In this document: one piece after another, positions 1 through 9,356 of the stretch
Layout of the letters: every line of letters begins with the position of its first letter
Position numbering within the stretch: position 1 is the stretch's first letter
Assembly (NCBI GenBank): GCA_963663035.1
Contig: OY760074.1
Span: 1,728,001-1,792,000, forward strand
Length of the DNA: 64,000 nucleotides
Source of the DNA: Acidobacteriota bacterium
Lineage (GTDB): Bacteria; Acidobacteriota; UBA6911; RPQK01; JADFOI01
Direction of reading: 5' to 3'
Translations under genes and position numbers: made by a program
Notes under the pieces: generated by a model
What the model was told of the DNA's origin: nothing
What the model saw: only the letters and a program-made list of their open reading frames with translations
The model's database searches: none

Positions 1-146
1 AGTCAGGAGTCAGGAGGTAGGAGTCAGGAGTCAGAAAAATTCACACTTCAGAAGTACTCCTCTAAACCTGGACCCACCGCTAGCCTTCGGCAGACGGAAA
101 TTCAAAATTCAAAACCTGGAACCTGGAACGCGCGCGAAGCGCGCTT
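1..146. repeat. Intergenic heptamer tandem repeats (GAGTCAG, AACCTGG) plus a CGCGCG-AA-GCGCG hairpin
   Basis: agtcagg/gagtcag units at 1-36 and aacctgg units near 113-128. CTGGAACGCGCGCGAAGCGCGCT recurs inverted at about 38361-38383. Confidence 0.7.
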
Positions 147-162
147 GGAAAAGGCTTGAGCA

Positions 163-1764
163 ATGAATCAGCTTGACTGGGCCGTGATCGCACTCTATAT
201 CGTGGGCCTGATCGTCTTTAGCAGCTTCCTCAGCCGAGGTCAGCAGAATACCGAAGATTATTTCCTGGGAGGTCGGAATCTGCCCTGGTGGGCCATCGCT
301 CTTTCCACCATGGCCACTCAGCTAGGTGCCATCAGCTTTATTTCAGCTCCAGCCTTTGTGGCTCTCAGTGAAGGAGGCGGCTTGATCTGGCTGGGATACG
401 AATTCGCGGTTCCACTGGCGATGATTTTCATCATGATTGTCATCCTTCCCTTCCTGCACCGCAATCACATTGTCAGCATTTATGAGTATCTGGAACACCG
501 TTTCGACCTGGGAACACGCACACTTGTCAGCATCATCTTCCAAATCAGCCGCGCTCTGGCGACAGGAGTCGGGGTCTATGCCATTGCAATCGTGTTCTCC
601 GTCACGGTGGGAATGGAAATCTGGGTCACTATTTTGATCGTCGGCATCGTGGCCATGGTCTATGACACTTTAGGAGGAATCAAAGCGGTGGTGTTCACCG
701 ATGTCTTTCAGATGGGTATCCTGATGGTAGGGATCCTGATCTGCTCAGGCTATGCCCTTTACTACGCCGGGGGCTGGAGTGCAGCGCTGGCAGAAATTCC
801 AGCCCAGCGATGGCAAAGCATCGACTTTCGGGGTCATGGCTTTGGAGATGGCAAAGACTTCGGGTTCTGGCCGCTGCTGTTGGGAGGTTTCTTCCTGTAC
901 GTTTCCTACTACGGTTGTGATCAGAGCCAGGTTCAAAGAGAGCTGTCGGCTCGAAACGAGGACGACTTGAAAAGATCCCTGCTCTTCAATGGAATCTTTC
1001 GCTTTCCCGTCGTGCTGAGTTACTGTCTGATGGGCCTGCTCATCGGCTCCTTGTTGCTCCAAGACTCCGCTTTTGCGGCTCGAGTCCCCGAGAGCCGCCC
1101 CGACTATCTTGTTCCCATCTTTATCGTGCACTATCTTCCACATGGGATCATCGGAGTTCTGGCGGTTGCCATCTTTGCAGCTGCCATGTCCTCACTCGAT
1201 TCAGCACTCAACTCTCTCAGCGCTGTAACCTACAAGGACATCTACGAGCAGTATTTCCCAGGTCAACACGGTCCCCAACAGGCACTGAAGATCTCGAAGG
1301 CCCTGACCATCTTCTGGGGGTTCTTCTGCACGGGATTTGCCTTTGCGGTGGGGAGCATCTCGGGAACCGTCATTGAAGCGATTAACAAGATCGGCTCCGC
1401 CTTCTACGGACCCATTCTAGCCACCTTCCTCCTGGGTATTTTGACGCGGACGGCAGTGGCTTCCGGCGTCAAATGGGGAATCCTGCTGGGCGTGGGCACA
1501 AATCTGACCCTTTGGCTGGCCTTTCCGCAGGTGAGTTGGCTGTGGTGGAACGTGATAGGTTTTGCCATCACTTTCGGCCTTGGATATGGAATCAGTTCCC
1601 TGCTTCCAGGTAGACCGAGCGGGTTTGAGCCCGATCATGAAGCTTTGAGTCTTTCTGGAGGCTTGCCGGAGACATCGAGCAAGATGAACTGGACACCGGC
1701 CTACATTTTTCTGGGCTGTTACTTTTTCGCTATCGTGATACTGACGTACTGGATCGGATCTTGA
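163..1764 (+). CDS. Sodium:solute symporter (SSS/SLC5 family)
   Basis: 533 aa, many TM segments. Motifs DYFLGGRNLPWW, SIYEYLEHRF, GGIKAVVFTDVFQ, AAAMSSLDSALNSLS. Confidence 0.93.
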   Translation: MNQLDWAVIALYIVGLIVFSSFLSRGQQNTEDYFLGGRNLPWWAIALSTMATQLGAISFISAPAFVALSEGGGLIWLGYEFAVPLAMIFIMIVILPFLHRNHIVSIYEYLEHRFDLGTRTLVSIIFQISRALATGVGVYAIAIVFSVTVGMEIWVTILIVGIVAMVYDTLGGIKAVVFTDVFQMGILMVGILICSGYALYYAGGWSAALAEIPAQRWQSIDFRGHGFGDGKDFGFWPLLLGGFFLYVSYYGCDQSQVQRELSARNEDDLKRSLLFNGIFRFPVVLSYCLMGLLIGSLLLQDSAFAARVPESRPDYLVPIFIVHYLPHGIIGVLAVAIFAAAMSSLDSALNSLSAVTYKDIYEQYFPGQHGPQQALKISKALTIFWGFFCTGFAFAVGSISGTVIEAINKIGSAFYGPILATFLLGILTRTAVASGVKWGILLGVGTNLTLWLAFPQVSWLWWNVIGFAITFGLGYGISSLLPGRPSGFEPDHEALSLSGGLPETSSKMNWTPAYIFLGCYFFAIVILTYWIGS

Positions 1765-1850
1765 GGCCCGCTCCAGGCTCCGGGTTTTAAATTTTGAATT
1801 TCCGCCGGCCACAGGCCGGCGATTGTCAGCTGTCAGTTGTCAGGTGTTCC

Positions 1851-3551
1851 ATGAACATTCTCGGTCTAAACTTTTTTCATCCCAACGCCGCGGCGGCACT
1901 CTTTGGCGAAGGAAAGTTGGTCGCTGCGGCAGAAGAAGAGCGCTACAACCGGGTCAAGTTCTCGGCTGGCATTCCCACTTCGGCCATTGCCTTTTGCCTC
2001 GAGCAGGCAAATCTGGAGTTCAGAGATATTGACATCATCACCTACGCGCGCTCCGCTAATACAAGAATCGTTGACAAAGACCAGGTCCACTTTCAAGAAC
2101 GCATCTACAAGATCAATTCCCTGTACGATCGCTACCGCATCAACCTGAAGTTGATCAATTTCAAGGAAACCCTTGCCCAACATTTCCAGGTTCCGGTCGA
2201 GACCCTGGTCTTCAAACTTCAAGAACAGGATCATCACCTCTCCCACATGCTTTCTGGATTTCTTTACTCTCCTTTCGAGCAAGCCATCATCATCTCTTGC
2301 GATGCTTTTGGAGATTTTGTCTCTCTGAAAACGGGGATCGGGCGGGGCCACCACATTGAACCTCTGGGTCAAATTAAATTTCCTCACTCAGTGGGGCTTT
2401 TCTATACCATGGTCAGTCAGTTTCTGGGGTTTTCCGACTACGGAGACGAGAGTAAGGTAATGGGGCTTTCGACCTTCGGCTATCCGGAACATACCGACCG
2501 CCTCCGGACCATTATCTCCCGAGAAAACGGACAGCTCCGCTTAAATCTCAAATACTTCGCTGAAGAAAGTGGAGTGGGAACCTCGTGGTCCGAGCACGCT
2601 CCCGACATCAGCACCCTGTACAACGAAAACCTGGAACACCTGCTGGGATCGCGCAGGGATCCGCAGGAGGAGATTACGAGTCACCATCAAAACATCGCCT
2701 CTTCCATGCAGCATCTGACCGAAGAGATCATTTTTTCCATCATTGAAGAGCTGCACACCGAATATCGCATTCCCAATGTGGTCTTCACCGGCGGCCTTGC
2801 TTACAACTCACTTCTCAATGGACGCATTTTTGCTGAAACAGCGATCCAGCGGGTTTATGTTCCACCCGCTCCGGGAAACAGTGGCCTGTGTCTGGGATCA
2901 GCGCTGGCCTTCCTGGGTGAGTCGGCAGCTCGGTCAGAGATGACCCACGCTTTTTGGGGCTCCCAGTACTCCCCGGCCCAGGTGGCTCAAGCGCTCGAGA
3001 ACCGGGGCATCCAGTTCAAGAAGGTATCCGACCCGGTGGCTGAGGCTGTGGACCTGCTTGCAGCGGGAAACAGCGTGGGCTGGTTCCAAGGCCGGATGGA
3101 GTTTGGTCCCAGGAGTTTGGGAAACCGCTGCATCCTGATGAATCCCCAAACGCCGGCTTCACAGAGGACCAAGCAGCGTGACTATCTCAAGCCGTTTGGC
3201 ATATCCATCCTTGAGGAGAGCGTAGGAGAGTATTTTCGTGACGCCTACCACTCACCCTTCATGTCCTTTATGGGAATCATCCATGGGAAATATCGCCGCC
3301 AATTCGAAAATCTGCTCTTGAACAGCTACTGCCGCTATCAAACGGTGGGGCAGGAAAATCCTCTCTTGCGAAAACTGCTGCTCGGCTTTCAGGAAAAAGT
3401 GCAGTTGCCCTTTCTGATCAACACTTCACTCAACCCGGAGGGCGAGCCCATCATGGAGTCCCCCCATCAATTGATCGACAACTTCGAAAAGATGCAGTTG
3501 GATGCGGCCATCGTGGAAAATCTTGTGTGGGGTCCGGCCTTGAAAAGCTAA
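1851..3551 (+). CDS. Carbamoyltransferase, NodU/CmcH/TobZ family (divergent)
   Basis: MNILGLN start (ATG 1851). Motifs AAAEEERYNRVK, HHLSH, ESKVMGLS, GWFQGRMEFGPRSLGNR, LINTSLN. Confidence 0.88.
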   Translation: MNILGLNFFHPNAAAALFGEGKLVAAAEEERYNRVKFSAGIPTSAIAFCLEQANLEFRDIDIITYARSANTRIVDKDQVHFQERIYKINSLYDRYRINLKLINFKETLAQHFQVPVETLVFKLQEQDHHLSHMLSGFLYSPFEQAIIISCDAFGDFVSLKTGIGRGHHIEPLGQIKFPHSVGLFYTMVSQFLGFSDYGDESKVMGLSTFGYPEHTDRLRTIISRENGQLRLNLKYFAEESGVGTSWSEHAPDISTLYNENLEHLLGSRRDPQEEITSHHQNIASSMQHLTEEIIFSIIEELHTEYRIPNVVFTGGLAYNSLLNGRIFAETAIQRVYVPPAPGNSGLCLGSALAFLGESAARSEMTHAFWGSQYSPAQVAQALENRGIQFKKVSDPVAEAVDLLAAGNSVGWFQGRMEFGPRSLGNRCILMNPQTPASQRTKQRDYLKPFGISILEESVGEYFRDAYHSPFMSFMGIIHGKYRRQFENLLLNSYCRYQTVGQENPLLRKLLLGFQEKVQLPFLINTSLNPEGEPIMESPHQLIDNFEKMQLDAAIVENLVWGPALKS

Positions 3552-3573
3552 ACATTCCGTTATAATCAAACCC

Positions 3574-4257
3574 ATGCGTCTGGTACTCTTCGATATTGAC
3601 GGGACCCTGCTGCTGTCAGGTGGAGCGGGCGGTCGAGCTCTCAGTGGTGCCATAGCTCAAACTTACTCGCTTCCAACCGGCACCGACGGATTCCGTTTCG
3701 ACGGGAAAACCGACCCTCAGATCGTGCGTGAGATCCTATCCCATCACGGACAAGAAGATCGCTTCAACGATGAAGAGGTGTCTTCTCTGTTCTCGATCTA
3801 TCTGGACCTCTTAAGACAGGAGCTGACGGCTGGTGACAATTTCCTGGTGCTCCCCGGTGCCCTTGGGCTGGTCCGGACTCTCGATCGACAAGAGAACTTC
3901 TTGTTGGGTTTAGCGACAGGTAATATTGAAGAGGGAGCTCGGCTAAAGCTGGAACGGGCGGGCCTTGAGTCCTTTTTCGCTTTCGGCGGTTTCGGTTCAG
4001 ATGCCGAGAATAGAACGGATGTCATCCGAGTCGCCATGGAGCGCGGCCTTGAAAGAGATGCTCAGGTCAATCCCGAACAGGTTTTCATTGTTGGAGACAC
4101 GCCACGAGACATTGTCCACGGCAAAGAAGCGGGAGTTTGCACCCTGGCCGTCGCCAGTGGCAACTACTCTCTGGATGCTCTGAAGTCCTATCAACCCGAC
4201 CTTGCCGTGGCAAGCCTTAAGCCCATGGAGCCCATTGTGGAGTTTCTGTCTGGTTGA
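3574..4257 (+). CDS. HAD superfamily hydrolase (phosphoglycolate phosphatase-like)
   Basis: Motifs LFDIDGTL, LATGN, VGDTPRDI. Confidence 0.9.
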   Translation: MRLVLFDIDGTLLLSGGAGGRALSGAIAQTYSLPTGTDGFRFDGKTDPQIVREILSHHGQEDRFNDEEVSSLFSIYLDLLRQELTAGDNFLVLPGALGLVRTLDRQENFLLGLATGNIEEGARLKLERAGLESFFAFGGFGSDAENRTDVIRVAMERGLERDAQVNPEQVFIVGDTPRDIVHGKEAGVCTLAVASGNYSLDALKSYQPDLAVASLKPMEPIVEFLSG

Positions 4258-4302
4258 TCTTCGGCCGGCCGCAGGTCTGGCTTTAGGACGGGCAAACCTG
4301 CG

Positions 4303-4902
4303 TTACGCTGGGAACAGCCGCGGAAGAAACCGCCCGGTCCGCTTCATGTACTCCTTGTAATCCTCACCAAACCGCTCGATGAGCTTTTCTTCTTCGATTC
4401 TCGTTCGCAACACAATCAGGCCAAAGCCTATTAACCCTGTCAGAGCCAGGAACCAGTTCGCTGTCACAAGGGAGTTCGCTGCAAGTGCCAATGCAGTCGC
4501 CACATAAAACGGGTGTCGCACCCAACGATAAGGGCCTCTCGTCACCAGCGTATGGGCTGCCCTGGTGACAACCGTGTCCGTCAAGTTCTTGCCAAGGGTT
4601 CGGAACGTCGCCACCAAAAGCAGTCCTCCTGCGACCCCGGGCACAACACCCGCCCATCGCAACCAGTTCGGCAGTGCAACCGATGACCAAGCCATCAATG
4701 CTGGGTTAATCATGTAGGTCACGAATCCAACCAGAAAGGCGATGCCCATGGGCCGCAATGTAACGAGTATAAAGATTCCCTCTTGGCGGCGATCAAGCTT
4801 CTCACCAGTCGCCTGGGATTTGATGCGATGGTAGGCACCGATGGGAACGATGACCGCAAAGCCCAGAATGAGGATAGCCCGAAATGTCTCTTCGTACTCC
4901 AC
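4303..4902 (-). CDS. Isoprenylcysteine carboxyl methyltransferase (ICMT/Ste14) family membrane protein
   Basis: LVTRGPYRWVRHPFY, EEEKLIERFGEDY..YMKRTGRFLP. Probable GTG start at 4902; the longer ORF call overlaps the upstream gene. Confidence 0.85.
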   Translation of the reverse strand: MEYEETFRAILILGFAVIVPIGAYHRIKSQATGEKLDRRQEGIFILVTLRPMGIAFLVGFVTYMINPALMAWSSVALPNWLRWAGVVPGVAGGLLLVATFRTLGKNLTDTVVTRAAHTLVTRGPYRWVRHPFYVATALALAANSLVTANWFLALTGLIGFGLIVLRTRIEEEKLIERFGEDYKEYMKRTGRFLPRLFPA

Positions 4903-4919
4903 AGGAGTTAGGCGCCCGC

Positions 4920-5210
4920 TTACGACTCCCGGTTCTTGAGAGCCCTCGCGCTGAGAGCCAGTGGCACCGCATTGAGCAGCAGAAAAGCTCCCCGAAAGCC
5001 AATACCCGTGCTGAGCATCGCCCACTCGGCCTTGGCTTCGGTCCACGGGGGCCGTTCCCCCACCAGGGAGACCCCCAGGGACTGAAGGACCTGGCCGCTG
5101 ACGTAGTCGGTGCTGATGTCATGCAAAGCCAGATACTCACCGATTGTCAGAACGAATGCGACGAGACAAAAGACGAACGTCAGGCCTATCAGAAGGCGCA
5201 AGCGTTTCAT
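4920..5210 (-). CDS. Small two-TM hypothetical membrane protein
   Basis: 96 aa, two hydrophobic segments, AGGAGG upstream of the ATG. Confidence 0.65.
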   Translation of the reverse strand: MKRLRLLIGLTFVFCLVAFVLTIGEYLALHDISTDYVSGQVLQSLGVSLVGERPPWTEAKAEWAMLSTGIGFRGAFLLLNAVPLALSARALKNRES

Positions 5211-5394
5211 GGTATTGAACCTCCTGCTGTTTGCCGGCTAGGCTGGATTTGGTTCCCGCTCGATCAAAGCGAGAATCTCGTCTCGCGTCTCTTCAGGTGA
5301 TTTCCCTTTGGTATACTCCACGAACTTGGCAAGGTCATAGTTCGATTTGAGCGCACTGTTAGACAATTTTGAATATCTTTGCGAGATGCTCTTA

Positions 5395-6674
5395 TCACTC
5401 CGGGAACTCATCGGAAGTGTACTTCTCAATGAGATCTTCACAGCCCTTGAGACCGCGCGGACGATCAAATTGCTTCTGCCATGAACTCAGGTCTGAATCT
5501 GCTGTCTTTACCTCTGTGATGACTGAGGCAGGATAGTAACCCTGGCCCTCAGAAAATATCGCTCAATATTATCGTACTCAATGTGTAAAACATTATCCTT
5601 GTTGATCGCCAGAAAACAGCCATCATCGATGTCCACGAAAAAATTAATGATTCTGCCTTCGTCACTCCGAACCAAGGCATGTATATAGTCACCCTGCTGG
5701 AAACCAAGGAGCTGGCCTTGTAGCTGTCCTGAACCGAATAATTTGTCATTGAAAGAGTTAGCTGAGGGAGAGCTATCAGACGCTTCTTCCCGGCCGGCTC
5801 TTAGTGACGCCTCAACCAGCCTCACCACCTCCGTATTCCCACTCTCCTTTGCAAGTTCGAGGATGCTACGATCGTAGTAACCTGCTCGGGGATCAGCGCC
5901 ATGGCTCAGCAGCAGCGATGTCAACGACGCGTCTCCTTCACCTGCGGCGCAGCCAAGTGGGGTGATGCCATACCTCGCTTTTCCGCTAAATGAGCTATCC
6001 ACCCAAACATCGACATCCGCGCCATGCCGAAGCAGATACTCCGCGATCTGGCGGCGGTCCTGACGGACATCGCAGCTACAGGCAACCGCCCATAGTGCAC
6101 TCCAGCCGTGATATCGCTCTTCCTGGTTGATGTCTGCACCGCGTTCAACAAGCAGCTGGGCTACCTCCGTCTGGCACCCAATTGCTGCGCTTACAAGAGG
6201 AGGACCTCCCCCGAACTCGCCATCGTGCCATCGATTTATGTCCGCGCCATACTTCAGTAGAATCTTTACGACGTCTACATAACCTGCGTTCGCCGCGGTG
6301 ACTAACACTGCCTGGCTTCCAATGCCTTCTTCATTTGGTGAAGCACCTCGCTTCAGTAGAGCTTCAACAATGCGAGCGTCACCAGCAAGTGCCGCATAGA
6401 TCAGCGGGTGGGGAAAGTTACCGTTGTCAATTTCATCGGGATCCGCCTCTTCGATCATCCGCAGCGCAATTTCTGTATGACCGTAGCGAATGCAATTGAT
6501 CAATTGAGATTCGCCAAAGAATGCAAGTCCCGGCACTCGGTCGACTCCGTCAGGGCATACCGACGCGCCCTCATCTTCTTGCGCTGCCACAGCGATGGGC
6601 TCGAGTATTCCCATGCAGACAAAAGCCATGATCAAAGCAAAAAATGGGATCTGTCTATTTCTGAGTGGTTTCAT
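5395..6674 (-). pseudogene. Secreted ankyrin-repeat protein with a probable 1-bp frameshift near 5551
   Basis: Signal peptide and about 6 ankyrin repeats (PLIYAA, LLKRGA, LLKYGADIN, TPLGCAA). The ORF as called ends at 5508, but an alternate frame continues EGQGYYPASVITEVK...EFPE to a TGA at 5395. Confidence 0.7.
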
Positions 6675-6775
6675 CGCGACCGCATAACAATGAATATACT
6701 GGTCAGAATAATATCCCGGTAGCCTGATAAGAGGCCATCAGCGGCGGTAGGGAGAACGCCTAAGGAGTAACTTTC

Positions 6776-7144
6776 TTAGAGCCAGATGGAGGCGACATTG
6801 GAGTCTTCGCTTTTGCCGGCTTCGTTAAAGGCCCGAACCTTGTAAGCAAACCCCCCGGTGATGTACTTTCCCACCTTGTCTTCCCAGTGGGCGGTGTCGG
6901 CTCCAACCATGCCCACGACTCGGAACTCCTTCCCATTGTCGGAACGCAGAATCTCGAAGCCCACTTCATTTTCGGAATGATCCTGCCAGACAAGCTCGGC
7001 AACTGCAGTGGCGCCATCATAGCGAGTCACGACCCTGAGATTGTCCGGGTGTTCCGGGATTCCGCTTCCTTCCTGAGCAAGCGTAAGTCCACCGGCCAAG
7101 AAGAGAGGAAGAAGCAGTGAAATAAAAATTGACTTATTTGACAT
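6776..7144 (-). CDS. Small secreted fibronectin type III domain protein
   Basis: Signal peptide MSNKSIFISLLLPLFLAGG. FN3 pattern P.NL...LVWQDHSENEVGFEILRS...YKVRAFNEAGKSEDSN. Confidence 0.8.
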   Translation of the reverse strand: MSNKSIFISLLLPLFLAGGLTLAQEGSGIPEHPDNLRVVTRYDGATAVAELVWQDHSENEVGFEILRSDNGKEFRVVGMVGADTAHWEDKVGKYITGGFAYKVRAFNEAGKSEDSNVASIWL

Positions 7145-7229
7145 ATCGTCTAATAACATACCAGATCTACCTATTTTAGATAGTGAAAGTGGGCTCAGGT
7201 TGCAAAAAGATACAGGAAAGGGGAACGGT

Positions 7230-8897
7230 ATGCTTCGCTGCTTGATTTGCTTGGTCTCTCTGGCCTTCTTGGGAGCTTGCGCTGCCACTGAGGAGTACGA
7301 CATCGTCATTCGCAATGGGATGATCTACGACGGAAGCGGATCAGCACCCTTTCAGGGCGACCTGGCTATCCGCGATGACACCATTGCCGCAGTGGGAGTG
7401 CTGGGCGAAGCGCGGGGCCGAACCGAGATTGAGGCCGATGGTCTTGCCGTGGCCCCCGGCTTCATCAACATGCTGAGTTGGGCCACGGACTCCCTGATCC
7501 AGGACGGTCAATCCCAGAGCGGAATCCGGCAGGGAGTGACGCTGGAGGTCTTTGGTGAAGGACCGTCCATGGGACCCCTCAGCGAAGAGATGAAAGAGGA
7601 GATGCTGGCACAGCAGGGAGATATCAAGTTCGACATCCCCTGGACCACGCTTTCCGAATATCTCCAACACCTTGTGGAAAAGGGGATCTCACCAAATGTC
7701 GCTTCTTTTGTGGGAGCCACCACCATCCGGGTCCACGTCATTGGCTATGAGAACCGTCCCCCCCGGCCCGAGGAACTGGACGAGATGCGTTCCCTGGTGC
7801 GCCAGGCCATGGAACAGGGAGCACTGGGAGTAGGATCATCACTCATCTATGCCCCGGCCTCCTTTGCCAGCACCGAGGAACTCACAGCCCTGGCCGAGGT
7901 AGCGGCCGAGTATGGAGGGATGTACATCTCTCACATTCGAAGTGAAGGAGACCGTCTCCCGGAGGCCGTTGACGAACTGATCACGATTGCCCGCGATGCC
8001 AATATTCATGCAGAGATCTACCATCTGAAAGCGGCTGGAAAATCCAACTGGGACAAGCTGGAGACGGTCATCGAAAAGGTCGAGGCGGCTCAGGAGGAAG
8101 GTCTGCTCATTACGGCGAACATGTACAACTACACCGCTGGGAAGACAGGACTGGACGCGGCCATGCCCCTGTGGGTGCAAGAGGGGGGACTCGACGCCTG
8201 GGTGACGCGTTTAAAGGATCCTGCTATACGACGGCGAGTCAGAAGCGAAATGTCCGCTCCGGGTGCGGATTGGGAGAATCTCTATCTGGCTGCCGGCTCG
8301 CCTGAGAACCTCCTGCTGGTCGAATTCAAGAACGATTCTCTGAAGCACTTGACTGGAAAAACCCTGGCCGAAGTCGCCCAGATGCGCGGGAAATCACCGG
8401 AAGACACGGCCATGGACCTGGTCATTGAAGACAACAGCAAGGTGGGCACAGTCTACTTCCTGATGTCTGAGGAAAACATCGAAAGGAAGCTCGGCCTTCC
8501 CTGGGTCAGTTTCGCTTCAGATGCCGGATCCTTGGCCCCCGAGGGCGTTTTCTTGAAGTCCAATCCTCACCCACGAGCCTATGGAAATTTCGCCCGCCTG
8601 CTGGGAAAATACGTGCGCGAAGAGGCCATCCTGCCACTTGAAGAAGCCATCCACCGTTTGACCTCCTGGCCCGCCTCGAATCTGAAATTGGATCGCCGCG
8701 GCAGCTTGGAGACTGGATCTTTTGCCGACGTGGTGGTCTTTGACCCGGCTGAAGTTCAGGATCATGCCACCTATGACGATCCCCATCAATATTCCACCGG
8801 CGTCATCCACGTCTTTGTCAATGGCCAGCAGGTATTGAGAAATGGGGAACACACGGGCGCCACTCCCGGAAGAGCTCTCCGAGGACCGGGCGGCTAG
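7230..8897 (+). CDS. N-acyl-D-amino acid deacylase (D-aminoacylase), lipoprotein
   Basis: Lipobox LGAC. Motifs YDIVIRNGMIYDGSG, VAPGFIN, SHIRSE, HPRAYGNFAR, ADVVVFDP. Confidence 0.9.
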   Translation: MLRCLICLVSLAFLGACAATEEYDIVIRNGMIYDGSGSAPFQGDLAIRDDTIAAVGVLGEARGRTEIEADGLAVAPGFINMLSWATDSLIQDGQSQSGIRQGVTLEVFGEGPSMGPLSEEMKEEMLAQQGDIKFDIPWTTLSEYLQHLVEKGISPNVASFVGATTIRVHVIGYENRPPRPEELDEMRSLVRQAMEQGALGVGSSLIYAPASFASTEELTALAEVAAEYGGMYISHIRSEGDRLPEAVDELITIARDANIHAEIYHLKAAGKSNWDKLETVIEKVEAAQEEGLLITANMYNYTAGKTGLDAAMPLWVQEGGLDAWVTRLKDPAIRRRVRSEMSAPGADWENLYLAAGSPENLLLVEFKNDSLKHLTGKTLAEVAQMRGKSPEDTAMDLVIEDNSKVGTVYFLMSEENIERKLGLPWVSFASDAGSLAPEGVFLKSNPHPRAYGNFARLLGKYVREEAILPLEEAIHRLTSWPASNLKLDRRGSLETGSFADVVVFDPAEVQDHATYDDPHQYSTGVIHVFVNGQQVLRNGEHTGATPGRALRGPGG

Positions 8898-8903
8898 TGA
8901 GGA

Positions 8904-9143
8904 CTAGTTTAGGCTGGAGACAGACTCTCGGGAAAGCTCAACCTGAGATGACTCACTAATCTGATCCAATGCAGCCTGCAACTTCTGTTGCTCGAAGAAT
9001 TCTGACACCATCAGACATTTCTTCGTGAGTTTGACAAAGTCATTGAGGTATCTTTGACGTTCATCCTCCGTCAAATCTGGGCGCTGCAGTAGACCTCCCA
9101 GCTTCACTACGACATCGATGAGAGATTCACTTTTGTGTGCCAT
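8904..9143 (-). CDS. 79-aa helical hypothetical protein, paralog of 36815-37054
   Basis: Ungapped alignment to the 36815-37054 product, 44/79 identical by hand count. Confidence 0.8.
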   Translation of the reverse strand: MAHKSESLIDVVVKLGGLLQRPDLTEDERQRYLNDFVKLTKKCLMVSEFFEQQKLQAALDQISESSQVELSRESVSSLN

Positions 9144-9157
9144 TTGCACACTCACTA

Positions 9158-9173
9158 AGCATTTAGCGTTCCA
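9158..9173 (-). promoter_or_regulatory. Sigma54 (-24/-12) promoter
   Basis: TGGAACGCTAAATGCT (GG-N10-GC), also conserved upstream of the paralog. Confidence 0.7.
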
Positions 9174-9304
9174 GAAAATGGAGGATCGAGTGAAAATCTA
9201 CTCAGAGGCAGGCAGTTCGTGGCTTTGCCCATTCATTTCGGCTTTTGAACTGATGATCCAGCAGGGCTCCGATGCCTCCAACCGCTGTCAACCTCAGCTT
9301 ACAT

Positions 9305-9322
9305 TGTCAACATAGGTGGACA
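9305..9322. promoter_or_regulatory. Imperfect palindrome, putative enhancer (bEBP upstream activating sequence)
   Basis: TGTCAACATAGGTGGACA, at the same distance from its promoter as the copy at 37212-37229. Confidence 0.6.
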
Positions 9323-9356
9323 AGATTGGTCATGGAAAACGTGCAGCGATTTCTTC

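Noticed and set aside
5238-5468. 76-aa ORF
   Set aside because: Weak TTG start, and it overlaps the frameshifted tail of the ankyrin gene; at most a gene remnant.
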